Part shown: positions 37,576 through 49,476 of the stretch, piece by piece
Position numbering within the stretch: position 1 is the first letter of the stretch
Layout: every line of letters begins with the position of its first letter
Source: Camelus dromedarius
Taxonomy: Eukaryota
Reading direction: 5' to 3'
Length of the DNA stretch: 64,000 bases
NCBI RefSeq assembly: GCF_036321535.1
Contig: NC_087437.1
Coordinates: 77,874,001-77,938,000, forward strand
Made by a program: the position numbers and the translations under genes
The notes under the pieces: model-generated
What the model was told of the DNA's origin: nothing
Database searches by the model: none
What the model saw: only the letters and a program-made list of their open reading frames with translations

Positions 37576-38549
37576 ACAAACAAACAAACAAAATCTATGG
37601 TAGAAATCTACTTCATTTCCTTTATGTTATTTTTTAATTGGTTCTTAGGACCAATTTGCTTTCTATCCAGACTTTGTACAACAAGTCTTTTTGATTATCA
37701 AGGGGAAAAAACAGAAACATTCTGCAACATAGGAAACCTAATCTTATTTTCATCCTTGCTTCTTTGAAAGGGCTAGATTACTGGCACAAAGGGAAAACAG
37801 GCATTATTTGCAGGTACTAGCTAATGTTATTTTCTTCTCATAATCCGATGCACTCTCTAATGATGTGGGGAAAAGGGAAGCGCTGGTGTTGGTCTGTGCT
37901 TAGCAGGATGTGAAATCAAGTGACAAAATAAATATTCTGAGAGATTTGCAAGTATATTTAGTTCCCCTGAATACAAGGTCAATATAACATACATTCAGAC
38001 AGTCTGCCGAACAAGCAGGTATTTCCTCAGGGCTTCTTTTGAAGGTGAGCACAGAGTAACTCTTTTCAACTTTATTGTCCATATATTTGCTAAGGCTCAT
38101 TTTCCATCAATTTATCACCATCTTCAGTCTGCTGTTGTCCCTGCCATAAAGAAAGAAAAAAGTAGATAAATAGCAGAAATTCATATTGGCCAATCTTTTT
38201 GATTCCTCTAGCTTCAATTTCAGTCTTTTAAGTATATTTTCAGGTTTGGCAATTATTGGGACAAGTGCCTGGAGAAAGTTTTAGATGAAATAAATCAACA
38301 CGTGGTCTTTTTTTCAAGCAAATTGCCATCGCCCAGGAATGCTGATTTTAAGCAAGTAATTGCCCCCAGCCAATCCTAAATCACATTTTCTATTTAATCT
38401 AACCACAATTAGCTCAACCTATCTACCTTCTTTGAATAAAACTAGACTAATCCCCATTCCAGCCTTCATGTATTACTCCTTCTTTTTCCAAGAATTACTC
38501 CAAATTTCTTCCATTTCTCTTCTAACACGCTGCCTGAGCTTCTCCTCCT

Positions 38550-38763
38550 CGGTGGTACAGCAGGAGGCTGAAGGCTCTCCAGGGCTGCTCGTGCACATCA
38601 CTTCTCTATGCTGCCTTCAGTGATGTCACACTGGCAGCTAGAAATCGCAACTGTGCAATTATTTACATGCTGTGGAAATCAGAAATTGGCAAACACTACA
38701 AATCAGAGCTGTTTTTGTTTCTGATTTTGAGAGCTGGTTGTTAAACTACTAGCACACTACTGC
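38550..38763. mobile_element. MER63-like hAT MITE
   Basis: CAGTGATGTCACACTGGCAGCTAGAAATCG...GGCAAACACTACAAATCAGAGCT...GAGAGCTGGTTGTTAAAC...CACACTACTG. Confidence 0.65.
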
Positions 38764-39689
38764 TGTCCATGGAACTGACTTGAGTGTTCACCAAGCACTC
38801 TAATAATGCTTAAGAGCTTGAGTTCAGTGTCAGATAAACTGGAGCTTGGGTTATGGCTCGTTGATCTAGTAGTTATGTGACACTGAGCAAGTTATTTCGC
38901 CTGTCTAAGTCAGCTTTCTTAAGTAAAATAATACATGTGAAGGCCATGGTGTAGGAAAGTGCTGAATAGCAGTAGCTGTTTCTTCAACAGCCCTTGATCC
39001 TTCATGTGTATACCTTTCAAAGTTTTGATTAGCTAGGTTTCTGGCTGTATGTTGTTGTATTTGCTTTTTTATTCACTGTAAAAACCCCATCTTAGGAAGG
39101 ATCATCAGAGTATATAACTTAGTGTGTTTGGTAGACAGTGAATTCACAATAAATGCTACTTCAGGACATATTCGTAGAGTAGGCACTCAGATGGTCAGGA
39201 ATGTGTGCCCAGTGATGCTTGAGAGAACTAGGTCAAGAATAAGGATGTCTAAATTTCAACCTCAGACCATAGCATACAAAACTGCAAGAACCCCTGGATC
39301 AAACACTTCTAGTTTTTAATCCCAGTTCTGCCTCTGATTATCTCTGCAGACTTCATCAAGTTACTGACCTCAGCTTCCTTATCTGCTACGTGGACGAAAG
39401 AGTAGCTTTGTACTACCTTCAAAATTTAGGAGAGTCAAATGTATTAAAGGATGCTAAATGTGTGGACAATAGTCTCTAAACAAAAGGTGGCTATTACCAT
39501 TCTTCCACTAGTGATTGTGGAGTTTAATCTTCCTAAACTTCATAGACTTTAACTATATCTATGAAAGTAAGAGGGCTAATTTGGTGCTCTCTCACGAGGC
39601 CTTTTTATTTTAAATAAAATTCTTTGTGCCTTAAGCCCTTCATTCTCGAAACTGATAGAAGATTTAATGCCATTATTCTTTGGTGAACA

Positions 39690-40290
39690 AAATCTCTCCT
39701 TTCCAATTTCACTACCTCTAGCCCAGGCCCCCACCATCTGTACAGCAGCTTTCCAACCAGTCACCCTAGCACCTAGCTCCACTCTTCATTCTCCCTGTGG
39801 TCATCTTAAGACTGACAGATGCACACATTTGATTATGTCACCCTCTATCTTTAAAATCTCTGCTGGAGTCATTTTACCTACAAGATGAAAGCTAAACTTC
39901 CTAGCAAGAGCTAGACATTTCTGCCCCTAGTTTCATATTTGCCCATCTTAGTTTCATAGCACAACACTCTGTCATGAACACAAGGCTTCAGTCAGGTTGA
40001 ACACACTGTTTCCTAAACATACCCTGGCAGCCTTTCCCACTTGTTCATTACATCTGTGGTTGCCTCAGCCTAAAATGCACCAATCACTCCAACCCTTTGT
40101 TTTCCTGGGATACTCTCACTCATATTTCAAGACCCACCTCCCATGTCAAGTAGTCTTTTAAGAAGAATTTCTTAATTCCCTGGGCAGTATTAGTCATGCT
40201 GTCTCTGTATTTCTACAGCACTAGCACTTACCTCTTTGAATTGTATTTATCTGTTTACAAGTCTGGCTCCTACACTGGAGCAGTGACTCC
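39690..40290 (+). mobile_element. LINE-2 fragment
   Basis: CCAGGCCCCCACCATCT..., GATTATGTCACCCTCT..TTTAAAA, CTCACTCATATTTCAAGACCCACCTC, TATCTGTTTACAAGTCTG. Confidence 0.65.
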
Positions 40291-41449
40291 TCAGCAGTGA
40301 TGTGCCACAAGTCTGGAGTCAGGCTGTCTGGTTTATAAACCCCTGCACCAACACATAGTAAATATATAAGCTTGAGAAAGCTACTCAACTTCTGTAATTG
40401 CCAGTTCTCTCACCTATAAAATAGAATGTTCCATTATCAGGTTCCTCATAATAATTAAAAGAGAAAATGCATGTAAAGCTCCTACCTGTATGCCTGGCTT
40501 ATATTCAGGGCTCAATAACTCTCTGAATATTATAAAAGGTGATGTTGATGATGATGACAGAGGAGATAGGAGAGGAGTGATGAAAAAGAAACCTCACTTA
40601 TTTTTTCAATCCCTGGACCATTTCCCAGAACCTGGCATCTAGTAAGTACTCAGTGCATGTTTGTTGAATGAATAGTTGTACAGCACAGCTAAAATGACAG
40701 ATACCAGCTCTTTTCTCAACTTTGAGTCCACAATGTTGAATTAGTTTTTAAGATGCCATAGATTGAGGAGGAAGGAGACGGGAGAAGGGGAGAAAAAGGA
40801 TGGTAGGGGAAAGAGAAGGGAAGTACTGTGTTCAGTGTGCAGAGAGCAGCTCTTTGCAGCTTTGTCTAAAGCATTTCTATTATTGTTAGTATTAGGAACT
40901 GAGACAGGTTTAAAAAGAAAACAAAGGAGTAAAGCAGTGAGGATTCCCAGTCTAGAGAACAGACCCCCAGTAGGCACCACTTGGGTGTAAGGGCAGTTAA
41001 AGCAAATTACTTTGATGTGCTCTGAGAGCCTCGAGGGCAAAACAGCAACCCAGCGAGGGGTTGGAATGCAAGGGTCTTGGAATGAAAACAAGGAGGCCGG
41101 CAGGGAAGGCCCACTTGACTTCGAAACCCCTGGACTCAAAGGAATGGAACGTCGAGAGTGGAAGTTCAGGTTTGAGGAGGAGTATAGTCTGGAGGTACTG
41201 AACGGGTTAAAACAAAACCAAAACCAAACCCTGATACGCAAGACATGAAAACCGAGAAATATTCATTCAATTAGCCCAAAAGGCAGGCCAGGAATTAGAC
41301 TAGGGATGCTGTGGGATTGGGATACCAGAAAATAAAGTAGGGAAGGAGAAAAACCAAGGAGGTGGAGAGAGAAGCAGTTTCAAAGAAGAAAACAATGCTC
41401 TCGTTCCCACTAAATGTTGGATGCTCCCCAGACCAGGGAAACGACTGAT

Positions 41450-42230
41450 TCCCTTCTGCGTTCGGGAGAGAAAACAACAAACAAAAACAGAAATAGAAAC
41501 AGAAACAAATAGGGGTGCTTTCGTTTTCTCTCCCTCCTGCCTTCCTCCGACCGTGCTCTTCTTACAGCCTGCGCACCAAGGTTCTCCCCCGCGGTCCACG
41601 GCCCCGCATCCTTCCGGGCCCCCAGCAGCAGGCCCATTCTCCAGACACAAGTTGGGTTTGGTCCTGAGAAGGCACAGGCCAGGAAGCTGACCCGGTTTTT
41701 TCTCCCTCTCGTTTTTTCTCTCCTCCCCTCCGCTCCCCCGGGTCCCTCCGCCCCCCGGGTCCCTCCGCCCTTCTCTCCAGCTGTCACCTGCCCCTCCCTG
41801 CCCAAGCCCTGGCCGAGCCCGCGGCCGCAGGAGGGCCGGCGGATGTGCCCGGAGAGTTGGCAGGATCCCAAAGGGAACCGTCGCTCTTCCTCTTCAGCAA
41901 ACCACTGTCTTTCGGAGTGGAAACTGATTTCCATGGCCCAGGACCGTCTTGTCTACCACCCTCGGGACAGACACCGCGCGTGGTCCCTGGCTCCTGACTC
42001 GGGATCCGACACGCCCGGCTGGCCGCGCCTTGTCCCCCGCTGCCCCGAGAGGCTGGAGCACTGCCAGTCCCCCGGTTTGGGTCGCGTGGTTCCTGCCTGT
42101 CACAGAAGACATCGTGGTCAAGGTGTGGTCCCTTGCAATCCTCCCGGGGTTCCGTTCGTCTAGATGAAGGGCCGCAGCCTGACTCCTTGGTCAGAAGCCG
42201 CTGATTCATCGTTTCCGGCAAATGGGTTGA
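41450..42230. promoter_or_regulatory. Second (orphan) CpG island ~13 kb upstream of ALCAM exon 1
   Basis: High GC and CpG density, repeated CCCTCCGCCC GC boxes, no recognisable TE or coding exon. Confidence 0.8.
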
Positions 42231-44649
42231 CTGATACACAGAGAGAAAAGAACGCCACAAACATGTTAAACAAAATAAGCAAGAACATGCTTATGTCTTG
42301 TCATTATCATTGGCAAAAAGAAGTCCAAGGTTTTCCCAAATTTTTGCCAGTGAGCCCCTCCCTAGTAGTCCTACTGCCCCCATAGACACTCATTATAAAT
42401 GACTGTATATTCCACAGAATGTCTTGAAATGATGATTGTACCTAAATAAACACCTGGACCTACCCAGAATAAATACTGCTGTTTTTACTAGAAGGAATTC
42501 CTCAGCAACGAAAAATGTGTAATTTCTGGAAGGTTACAACGTGAATTCTCCTCCGGAAACCGGAGACAGGATTGTGAACTAGCCAATACAGCTGACCTCG
42601 TTGCTGAAATGAAAGGCCCTTCATGTCTTAGGGGTGTTGGGGGACTGATTTATATTTAGTTGACAATGCTGATCTTGGCATAATTGATACATAGAAAGTT
42701 ATTGAATTGATGTGTGAAAGAAAATCATAAGAAATCCTACAGCAATATCTGAAAGAGAGCATTTAATTCTCTGTCACTCAAGAAAAAGGAACAGTTCAGC
42801 TTTCAAAATGTATCTACATTCTACAGTCAGCCAATAAAACATAATCCCCACTCAGGCAATTAGAGGAGAGCTTGGGGTTGCTGTTGGGATTCTGAGCTTG
42901 GTTAAAGCAAATAAAATACTGTAGAAGGAACGGAATCAAACTTGTTGAAACTTGGATTTGCAGAAATATAAGGTAGCTTGGAGAAGATGAATTCAGGTGG
43001 AAAATGACCTTTCTATTATGTTCAGGAAGGCATTAGAGTGTCAGGAGAAATGTTGGAAAGGAGATTTATTACCATAAGCACAGTTGACAAGTTCCATTTT
43101 GTTGAGTATCTTGGATGGAGGAAGGAAACCAGCATTTCAGGAGGTGATTAAAAAAAAGCTCTGAAGAGAGTGTTCAGTAATGCAAGGAGACCTGAGTTGG
43201 GGAGGAATATACTGCTCTCTGTCTGCTGAGAGGCTCCTGAGAGACTTAGAGGCCCCCGTTCCACCACAGACTTGCCTAGTCCTTGTCTGAATATTTGTGC
43301 TAGATGGCTTACATGAGATATGAGATGGGCTGGATACAACATGGGGGGTGTGTGTGTACCTGTGTATATTTGTATGTGTGCAAGTATATTTGTATCTATC
43401 TCTCTCTATATATATTCAGAGATGAGGAGATGAGGAGGGGATTTTCAAAAATATAAATCATTTTTTGTAGTAAAGTGAAGTCACACGTATATATTGTTTT
43501 TCATTTTGAAGGCCACATTCGAGATGTGCACATGCCTCACGTGGCCTAGAGGGCTAATGTTAGGATTCCCATTTTAAAGATGAGGAATTGAAGATAAAAG
43601 AAGGGAAGTGATTTTTCTGGATGTCTTTTTCACTTTGCTATGAAACCTTTCACAGTGTTTGTGATTCATAAGCACAAATTTTAAACCTACATGGGGCCCC
43701 AGCACGTCCTCTTTTCTTGAGCATTTTCCCACTCTCCTTCTTAGTTTGAATATTTAGGTAATATCTGATCAAAATTTTCAACAAGTCTCCATGTTCACTT
43801 CCTATTTTTTTCCCTTGCTTTGTTTTCTCCTTAGCACTCTGACTCTTTAACACATCTTAAATTTTACAGATTCGTCTTGCTTTTTTCATGTGCTTTTCTG
43901 CTCCAGGGATTACACTCTGTGAAGACACAGAATTATTTTGATGGGTGAGGTGGAGATTTTATATATATATTTTTTCTGCTGTATCCTTAGTGCCAAGAAA
44001 AGTGCCCAGCAAACAGAAGGTGCTAGATAAATGTTTGTTGAATAAATGAATGTGCACATACATGAATGGAGGAAGGCTTGAAAATAGTCTATTTACATCC
44101 AATTAGCATCTATCTGCTGCTGCTTTTTTGTTAGGGACGGATGCTAATTAATAACCTATAGGAAAAATAATGAAATCAAGCTCACTGGACATGACGTGGA
44201 GATGATATTTTGTATTTGTTTGCCTTAGTTCTTTCTGACTTTCCATGAAATGTGGTGTTTGGAACCTCACTTCAGATGGCCAAATCCTGCCTCTGTTATG
44301 ACAGGGAAATTTCTGGTATGTTTTCTGTCTTTGCTGCCTTGTACTCTGCCTTCACCTTTCTCTCGTGTGTGCACAATCCTCAGGAAATGCCCCCTGCCTT
44401 CCTCCAGCCAGGAATGTGTTTTTCCTGGACCAGTGCCTTTTACTTAGGATCTTTCCAAATTTTTCCCTCCCTCATTAAATTTTATCTACCACTTTTTTCC
44501 ATTCCCCCTGGTGTCTACTTTCCCTACTGTTTTATACTTCCTAGGTAATACATTTGTATTTTGTAACAATTAAGTAGACTTAGAATTACAAGACCACATA
44601 ATACAGCTTCTCTCCTAGTGAACCAAATCCTTTCTATAGCTTGACAAAT

Positions 44650-44880
44650 GTGAGTGAGAACTCAGTTTCTGGATGTAAGACAGATGTGCTTTCTGCCTTT
44701 CATGAATTATGTGATTTGGGGCAAATTACTTAACCTCTCTAAGCTTTGGACCCTTCATTTAAGAATGATGACAAAATAGATCTCATCTCCCAGGGCCACT
44801 GTGAGTATTAAGTAGAATATGCAGGGGCAGCACATCAAATAATTCCTTGTCAGTAGTAACCACTAATAAATAGTAGCTAT
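44650..44880 (+). mobile_element. MIR SINE
   Basis: TGTGATTTGGGGCAAATTACTTAACCTCTCTAAGC...CAGGGCCACTGTGAGTATTAA...AATAAATAGTAGCTATT. Confidence 0.7.
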
Positions 44881-45101
44881 TCCTAGTAACAACATCCCTG
44901 ATAAATGGTCTTCCAGACTCCATTTCAATGCCATCAGTGTTGGGAGAGAGATCGCTACTTTCCTGAATTAATCTGTTCTTTTTGGAGCTACACTGTGCAC
45001 CTCCTGTAAAGATCCTTTTTAATTAGCCTAAACCTCATCCCTCATAGCTTCCATCTGTAGTCTCTCGTATTTACTTGGAGAAGCATAAAGGAGGTGTGGA
45101 C

Positions 45102-45493
45102 TGTTATGGTCTGAATGTCTGTATCCTCCTCACCCCCAGTTTATATGTTGAAGCCCTAACCCTCAGTGTGATGGTATTTGGGGGCAGGGCTTTTGGGAGG
45201 TAATTAAACATAGATGAGGTCATGAGAGTGGTTCCCTCATGATGGATTAGTGCCCTGAAAAAAAGAAGAAGAGACAAGCGGACTTTCCAGGAGCATGCAC
45301 TGATGAAAGGGCATGTGAACACACGGCAAAATGCCAGTCATTACAAACCAGGAAGAGAGCCCTCACCAAAAACCATATCTACTTGGGCACCTTGGGCTTG
45401 GGCTTTCCAGCGTCTGGAATTGTGAGAAATAAACATCTGTTGTTTAAGTCACCCAGTCTATGGTGTTTTGCTATAGCATCCTGAGCTAAGATA
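45102..45493 (+). mobile_element. MLT1A-like MaLR solo LTR
   Basis: TGTTATGGTCTGAATGT...TATGTTGAAGCCCTAACCCTCAGTGTGATGGTATTTG...AAATAAACATCTGTTGTTTAAGTCACCCAGTCTATGG...CTAAGATA. Confidence 0.85.
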
Positions 45494-45774
45494 TGTGCCC
45501 TCTTATTCATAAATTTTAAAAAAATTTCTAAACACAGTTATTATAGCCTATCTTTATCTTCTCCATTTCAAACTAAGATTTTCCAGTTCCTTCAACTGCT
45601 GTTCATCTGTAATGATTTTTCACTCTACCACCAACTGCCTGTTCATGAAAACGTCTAGTTTACCTATATGCCTCTTCAAGAGATGCACCAGAAAGACATG
45701 CAATAGCCTAATTATTATCTAACTAGTATCAATTAGGGGAGATATTATCTCACAGGTCTGACAGTCTATTCTTT

Positions 45775-46696
45775 ATTTTTCTTTTTATTATTTACTTTTT
45801 TAATTGAAGTATAGTCAGTTACAATGTGTCAATTTCTGGTGTACAGCACAATGTCCCTGTCATGCATATACATACATATATTCATTTTCATATTCTTTTT
45901 CATTAAAGGTTACTATAAGATATTGAATATAGTTCCCTGTGCTATACATAAGATTTTTTAAAATCTGTTTTTATATATAGTGGCTAACATTTGCAAATCT
46001 CAAACTCCCAAATTCATCCCTTCTCACCCCCTTTCTCCTGGTAACCATAAGATTGTTTACTATGTCTGGGAGCCTGTTTCTGTTTTGTAGATGAGTTCAT
46101 TAGTGTCCTCTTTTTTCTTTTTTTAAGATTCCACATATGAGTGATATCATATGGTATTTTTCTTTCTCTTTCTGGCTAACTTTACTTAGAATGACAATCT
46201 CTAGGTCCATCCATGTTGCTGCATGGCATTATTTTATTCTTTTTATGACTCAGTAGTATTCCGTTGTATAAGTATATTCCAACTTCTTTATCCAGTCATC
46301 TGTTGATGGACATTTAGGTTGTTTCCATTATGTGGCTATTGTATATAGTGCTGCTATGAACATTGGGGTGCATGTATCTTTTTGAATTAGAGTTCACTCT
46401 GGAATATATGCTCAGGAGTGAGTTTGCTGAATCATATGGTAAGTCTATTTTCAGTTTTTTGAGGAATCTCCATACGGTTTTCCATAATGGCTGCACCAAA
46501 CTACATTTCCACCAACAGTGTAGGAGGCTTCCCTTTTCTCCACACCCTCTCCAGCATTTATTGTTTGTGGACTTTTGAATGATGGCCATTCTGACTGATG
46601 TGAGGTGATACCTCATTATAGTTTTGATTTGAATTTCTCTTATAATTGGCTATATTGAACATTTTTCATGTATCTATTGGCCATTTGTATGGGCAT
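45775..46696 (-). mobile_element. 5'-truncated LINE-1 (ORF2 C-terminus + 3' UTR)
   Basis: ORF 46314-46616 ([62 protein letters not shown]) is the Cys-rich L1 ORF2p C-terminus, then disrupted. T-rich tail at 45775. TSD TCTATTCTTT at 45765-45774 and 46697-46706. Confidence 0.93.
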
Positions 46697-46705
46697 TCTA
46701 TTCTT

Positions 46706-46845
46706 TTCCTTTGAGTTTTTTGTGTGGGGGAGGGTAGGTAATTAGGTATATTTATTTATTTATTTATAGAGGAAGTACTGGGGATTGAACCCAGGACCTT
46801 GTGCATGCTAAGCATGTGCTCTACCACTTGAGCTATATTCTCCCC
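46706..46845 (-). mobile_element. tRNA-Ala-derived SINE (Vic-1 type)
   Basis: Reverse-complement homolog of the 8722 element. TSD GGCATTCTATTCTT (46692-46705) / GGCATTATATTCTT (46850-46863). Confidence 0.9.
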
Positions 46846-47279
46846 TCTAGGCATTATATTCTTGATGGAGGCTATCTCATTAGATTCCTTGGCAACCATG
46901 CCACACAGTTGGAGGCATGTCTATCTTGCCAAACACAAGGTAGGAACAGAGTAAGATCTCTGGGTCCTTTTCACATGAAGTACTGATAATCCAGGTCTAG
47001 CCTGTTCTGTACATGAGTAACTAAGAGTGTGTCTAACTGCAGGGTTTAATATTTATTTCTATTAAGTCACGCTAAAGGAACTTCTGGACACAGTGCCTTC
47101 GACCTATTGTTCCCAACCTTTTCTTTTCCTTTTCAGTACACATTAATGATGATATTCACATGAAAGACAAATGCCCATGGGCACACCCATGCTTATTTAA
47201 AATTTCTATCTGTTGGTTTTAACTCCACCCTTTACTATTCTGTACAAAAGAGCATATCAGAACTTGAGTGAGTGAACCA

Positions 47280-48900
47280 CATGACTAAATGTAAAAAGCA
47301 ATAGCCTAAAGCTTTTAGAAGATTACATAGGCTAATCTTCATGATACTAGGAAAGAAAATAATTATTTATACAATATCAAAAAGAAAGAGAGAAAGCATA
47401 AATAATAAAGGAAGAATTTGAGACATTTAACTTCCTTAAATAAATCAACAATCCCCATAAACAGAATGAAAGATATTTACAACACATATATTTGACAGAG
47501 GACTATTATTCTCCCTTAAATTATAAAGAATTCTCAAAAAGTATTAAGAAAAGGACAATCAATAGAGAAATGGGCAAAAAACTTAAATATGTTCAGAAAG
47601 AGATACTTGACTGAACAAAAATCACTTGAAAAAAGTTAGCAATTGTAATCAGGGAAATATAACTTAGAACTCAGTGAGCTAGCATTTGATACCCACCAGA
47701 GCTGTAAAAGTTAAAATGACTGACCATACCAAATGTGAGGGAGGAGTTACAGTAATGAGAACTCTCATGATCTACTGGTAGACATTCCAATTGATACAAC
47801 CAGTCTGGGAAACATTTTGGCATAACCTAGTCAAATTAAACATGTGCTTATGTTACATACTACACAGGTTAGAGTTCAAGATACTGTAAAATAAAATCTC
47901 AGCACTATTCACCTCTCATATAATGTCTCAAGTGACTTCTGAGGATTCTTCTGTCTTTTATCAGTTGATCCTTTCTTAGGTCATTGTCTATCTTTGCGTG
48001 GTCTGTAAGCTGGATTGCAGGCACATCAATGTCCCAGAGTGTGTGTGGGAAGGGGAAGGAGAGCATACAGGAGCACACAGCCAATTTTTTATGTCTAGAC
48101 TAGGAAGCATCATATTTCCTTTTCACTTGGACTCTGTTAGCGAGAACTTAGTCACATGGCTGAAAATCATTAGAAAGCTGGAAAGTGTCTCCTCTAGTCC
48201 ACTACTTTTATGGAGTAAGATTAGGGTAGATGGTAATGAACAATCTCTACTACACTTTGTGACACAGAAATTCCACTCCTAGGTATATATCTAGAGACTT
48301 GTTTCTAAATATCCATCAGGAGACACTGTACAAGAATATTCACAGTGACACTGCTTCAGTAACCAAAAAAAGTCTGGAATGTTTGGATTATCCATTTGAA
48401 TTATCCATTGACAATAAATGTCATGGATGGCATTCCATTGATTGTCCATTCCATAACAATCTATTGACATAAAAATGACAGAATAAATGAATTAATGTGT
48501 ACAGTGGAATACTATACAGTTATGAAAATAAACTGAGCCCACACATCAACATAGATGAATGTCACAGCAATGCTAAAAATGTATGCAAGTCACAGAGTAT
48601 ACACAGGATGATTCTATTTGCATAAAGTCTAAAAACAGGGAAAAACTGAAAAATGTAATGTTTAGGGATACCTAACATGGATGGTAAATTGAAGAAAACT
48701 AAGAGTGAAATCTCAAAAGTTAGGATAATAAGTAACCGTCTTCTGTGAAAAAGGAAGTTGATGAGATTGGGGTGGGGGGGGTATGATACTACCAGCATTG
48801 CTCTATTTCTCAACTGAGTAGTGATTACAAAATTTTCCCCTTTCTTGTGTCTATGTTGAACAACAAAACCTCTCCCAAGAAAGCAAATTTTAAAAAGTAA
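47280..48900 (+). mobile_element. Old LINE-1 (L1ME/L1MD-like) 3' region, probably interrupted by an MLT1-like piece near 47850-48255
   Basis: CAATAGAGAAATGGGCAAAAAACTTAAA, ATACCAAATGTG, AATTCCACTCCTAGGTATATA, CAGTGGAATACTATACAG, ATGATTCTATTTGCATAAAGTCTAAAAACAGG. Confidence 0.7.
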
Positions 48901-49386
48901 AGAATTTTTACAATTCTGTATTTTAAGTATATAAGTAACAAATTATTTGTGACATGTAGTTTGCAACACATGTGTCAAGATGATGTTATCATTGTTTTAC
49001 CCAGAAAAAAGATTTGTAAAGGGAATTTCAGCTATTCTGGTGGCCAGACTTTAGATAAGATTCTTCGGGGATGTTGGAGAATGAGTGCTCCTTCTAGCAT
49101 ATAATACTGGCGCCATCTTTCTCTCTTCTGTCCTTTGGGAGGTCAACTTGTTCAGTGCCCACCTGTATGTAAATCATACAACAGCATAAACTCCATACTA
49201 ACTGCAATTCTGATTTTAACAAGTAGCAAGCCTATGTCAGTGTTCTCACCAACTCCTTTCAGTGCAGCTTAGTGATGAGAAATGGTTCTAGAATCAAGGT
49301 GCCTTGGTTAAAATCCTGGTTCTGTCCTGTAACCATAGACAATCTTTTTACATCCCTAAGTCTCTGTTTTTCCATCTACAAAATGG

Positions 49387-49476
49387 ATTTTTTTAAAAAA
49401 TGGAAGTAGTGGGGATTGAACCCAGGACCTTGCACATGCTAAGCATGTGTTCTACCACTGAGCTATAACCTCTTCC
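49387..49476 (-). mobile_element. Short tRNA-Ala-derived SINE (Vic-1 type) inserted in a MIR
   Basis: TGGGGATTGAACCCAGGACCTTGCACATGCTAAGCATGTGTTCTACCACTGAGCTATA, flanked by MIR halves (TCCATCTACAAAATGG / TAATAGTACCTAC). Confidence 0.85.

Larger units (their letters stand above)
45500..47060. mobile_element. Ancient CR1/L3-like fragment split by the L1 + SINE insertion
   Basis: Degenerate L3-like motifs on both sides of 45775-46850 (CCAGTTCCTTCAACTGCTGTTCAT...; GGCAACCATGCCACACAGTTGG...TCCTTTTCACATGAA). Confidence 0.45.

Noticed and set aside
42259..42292. Pair of p53 half-site-like decamers (AAACATGTTA, GAACATGCTT)
   Set aside because: The 14-nt spacer and one mismatch make a functional p53 element unlikely.
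40741..42385. ORFs of 72-174 aa across the upstream CpG island
   Set aside because: Low-complexity, mutually overlapping, many with non-ATG starts, and no similarity to proteins I recognise.
46314..46616. 100-aa ORF as a host gene
   Set aside because: It is the L1 ORF2p C-terminus within a truncated, disrupted L1.
48385..48470. Repeated TCCATT(G/T) units resembling a satellite
   Set aside because: Short, irregular local slippage inside an old L1, with no consistent period.
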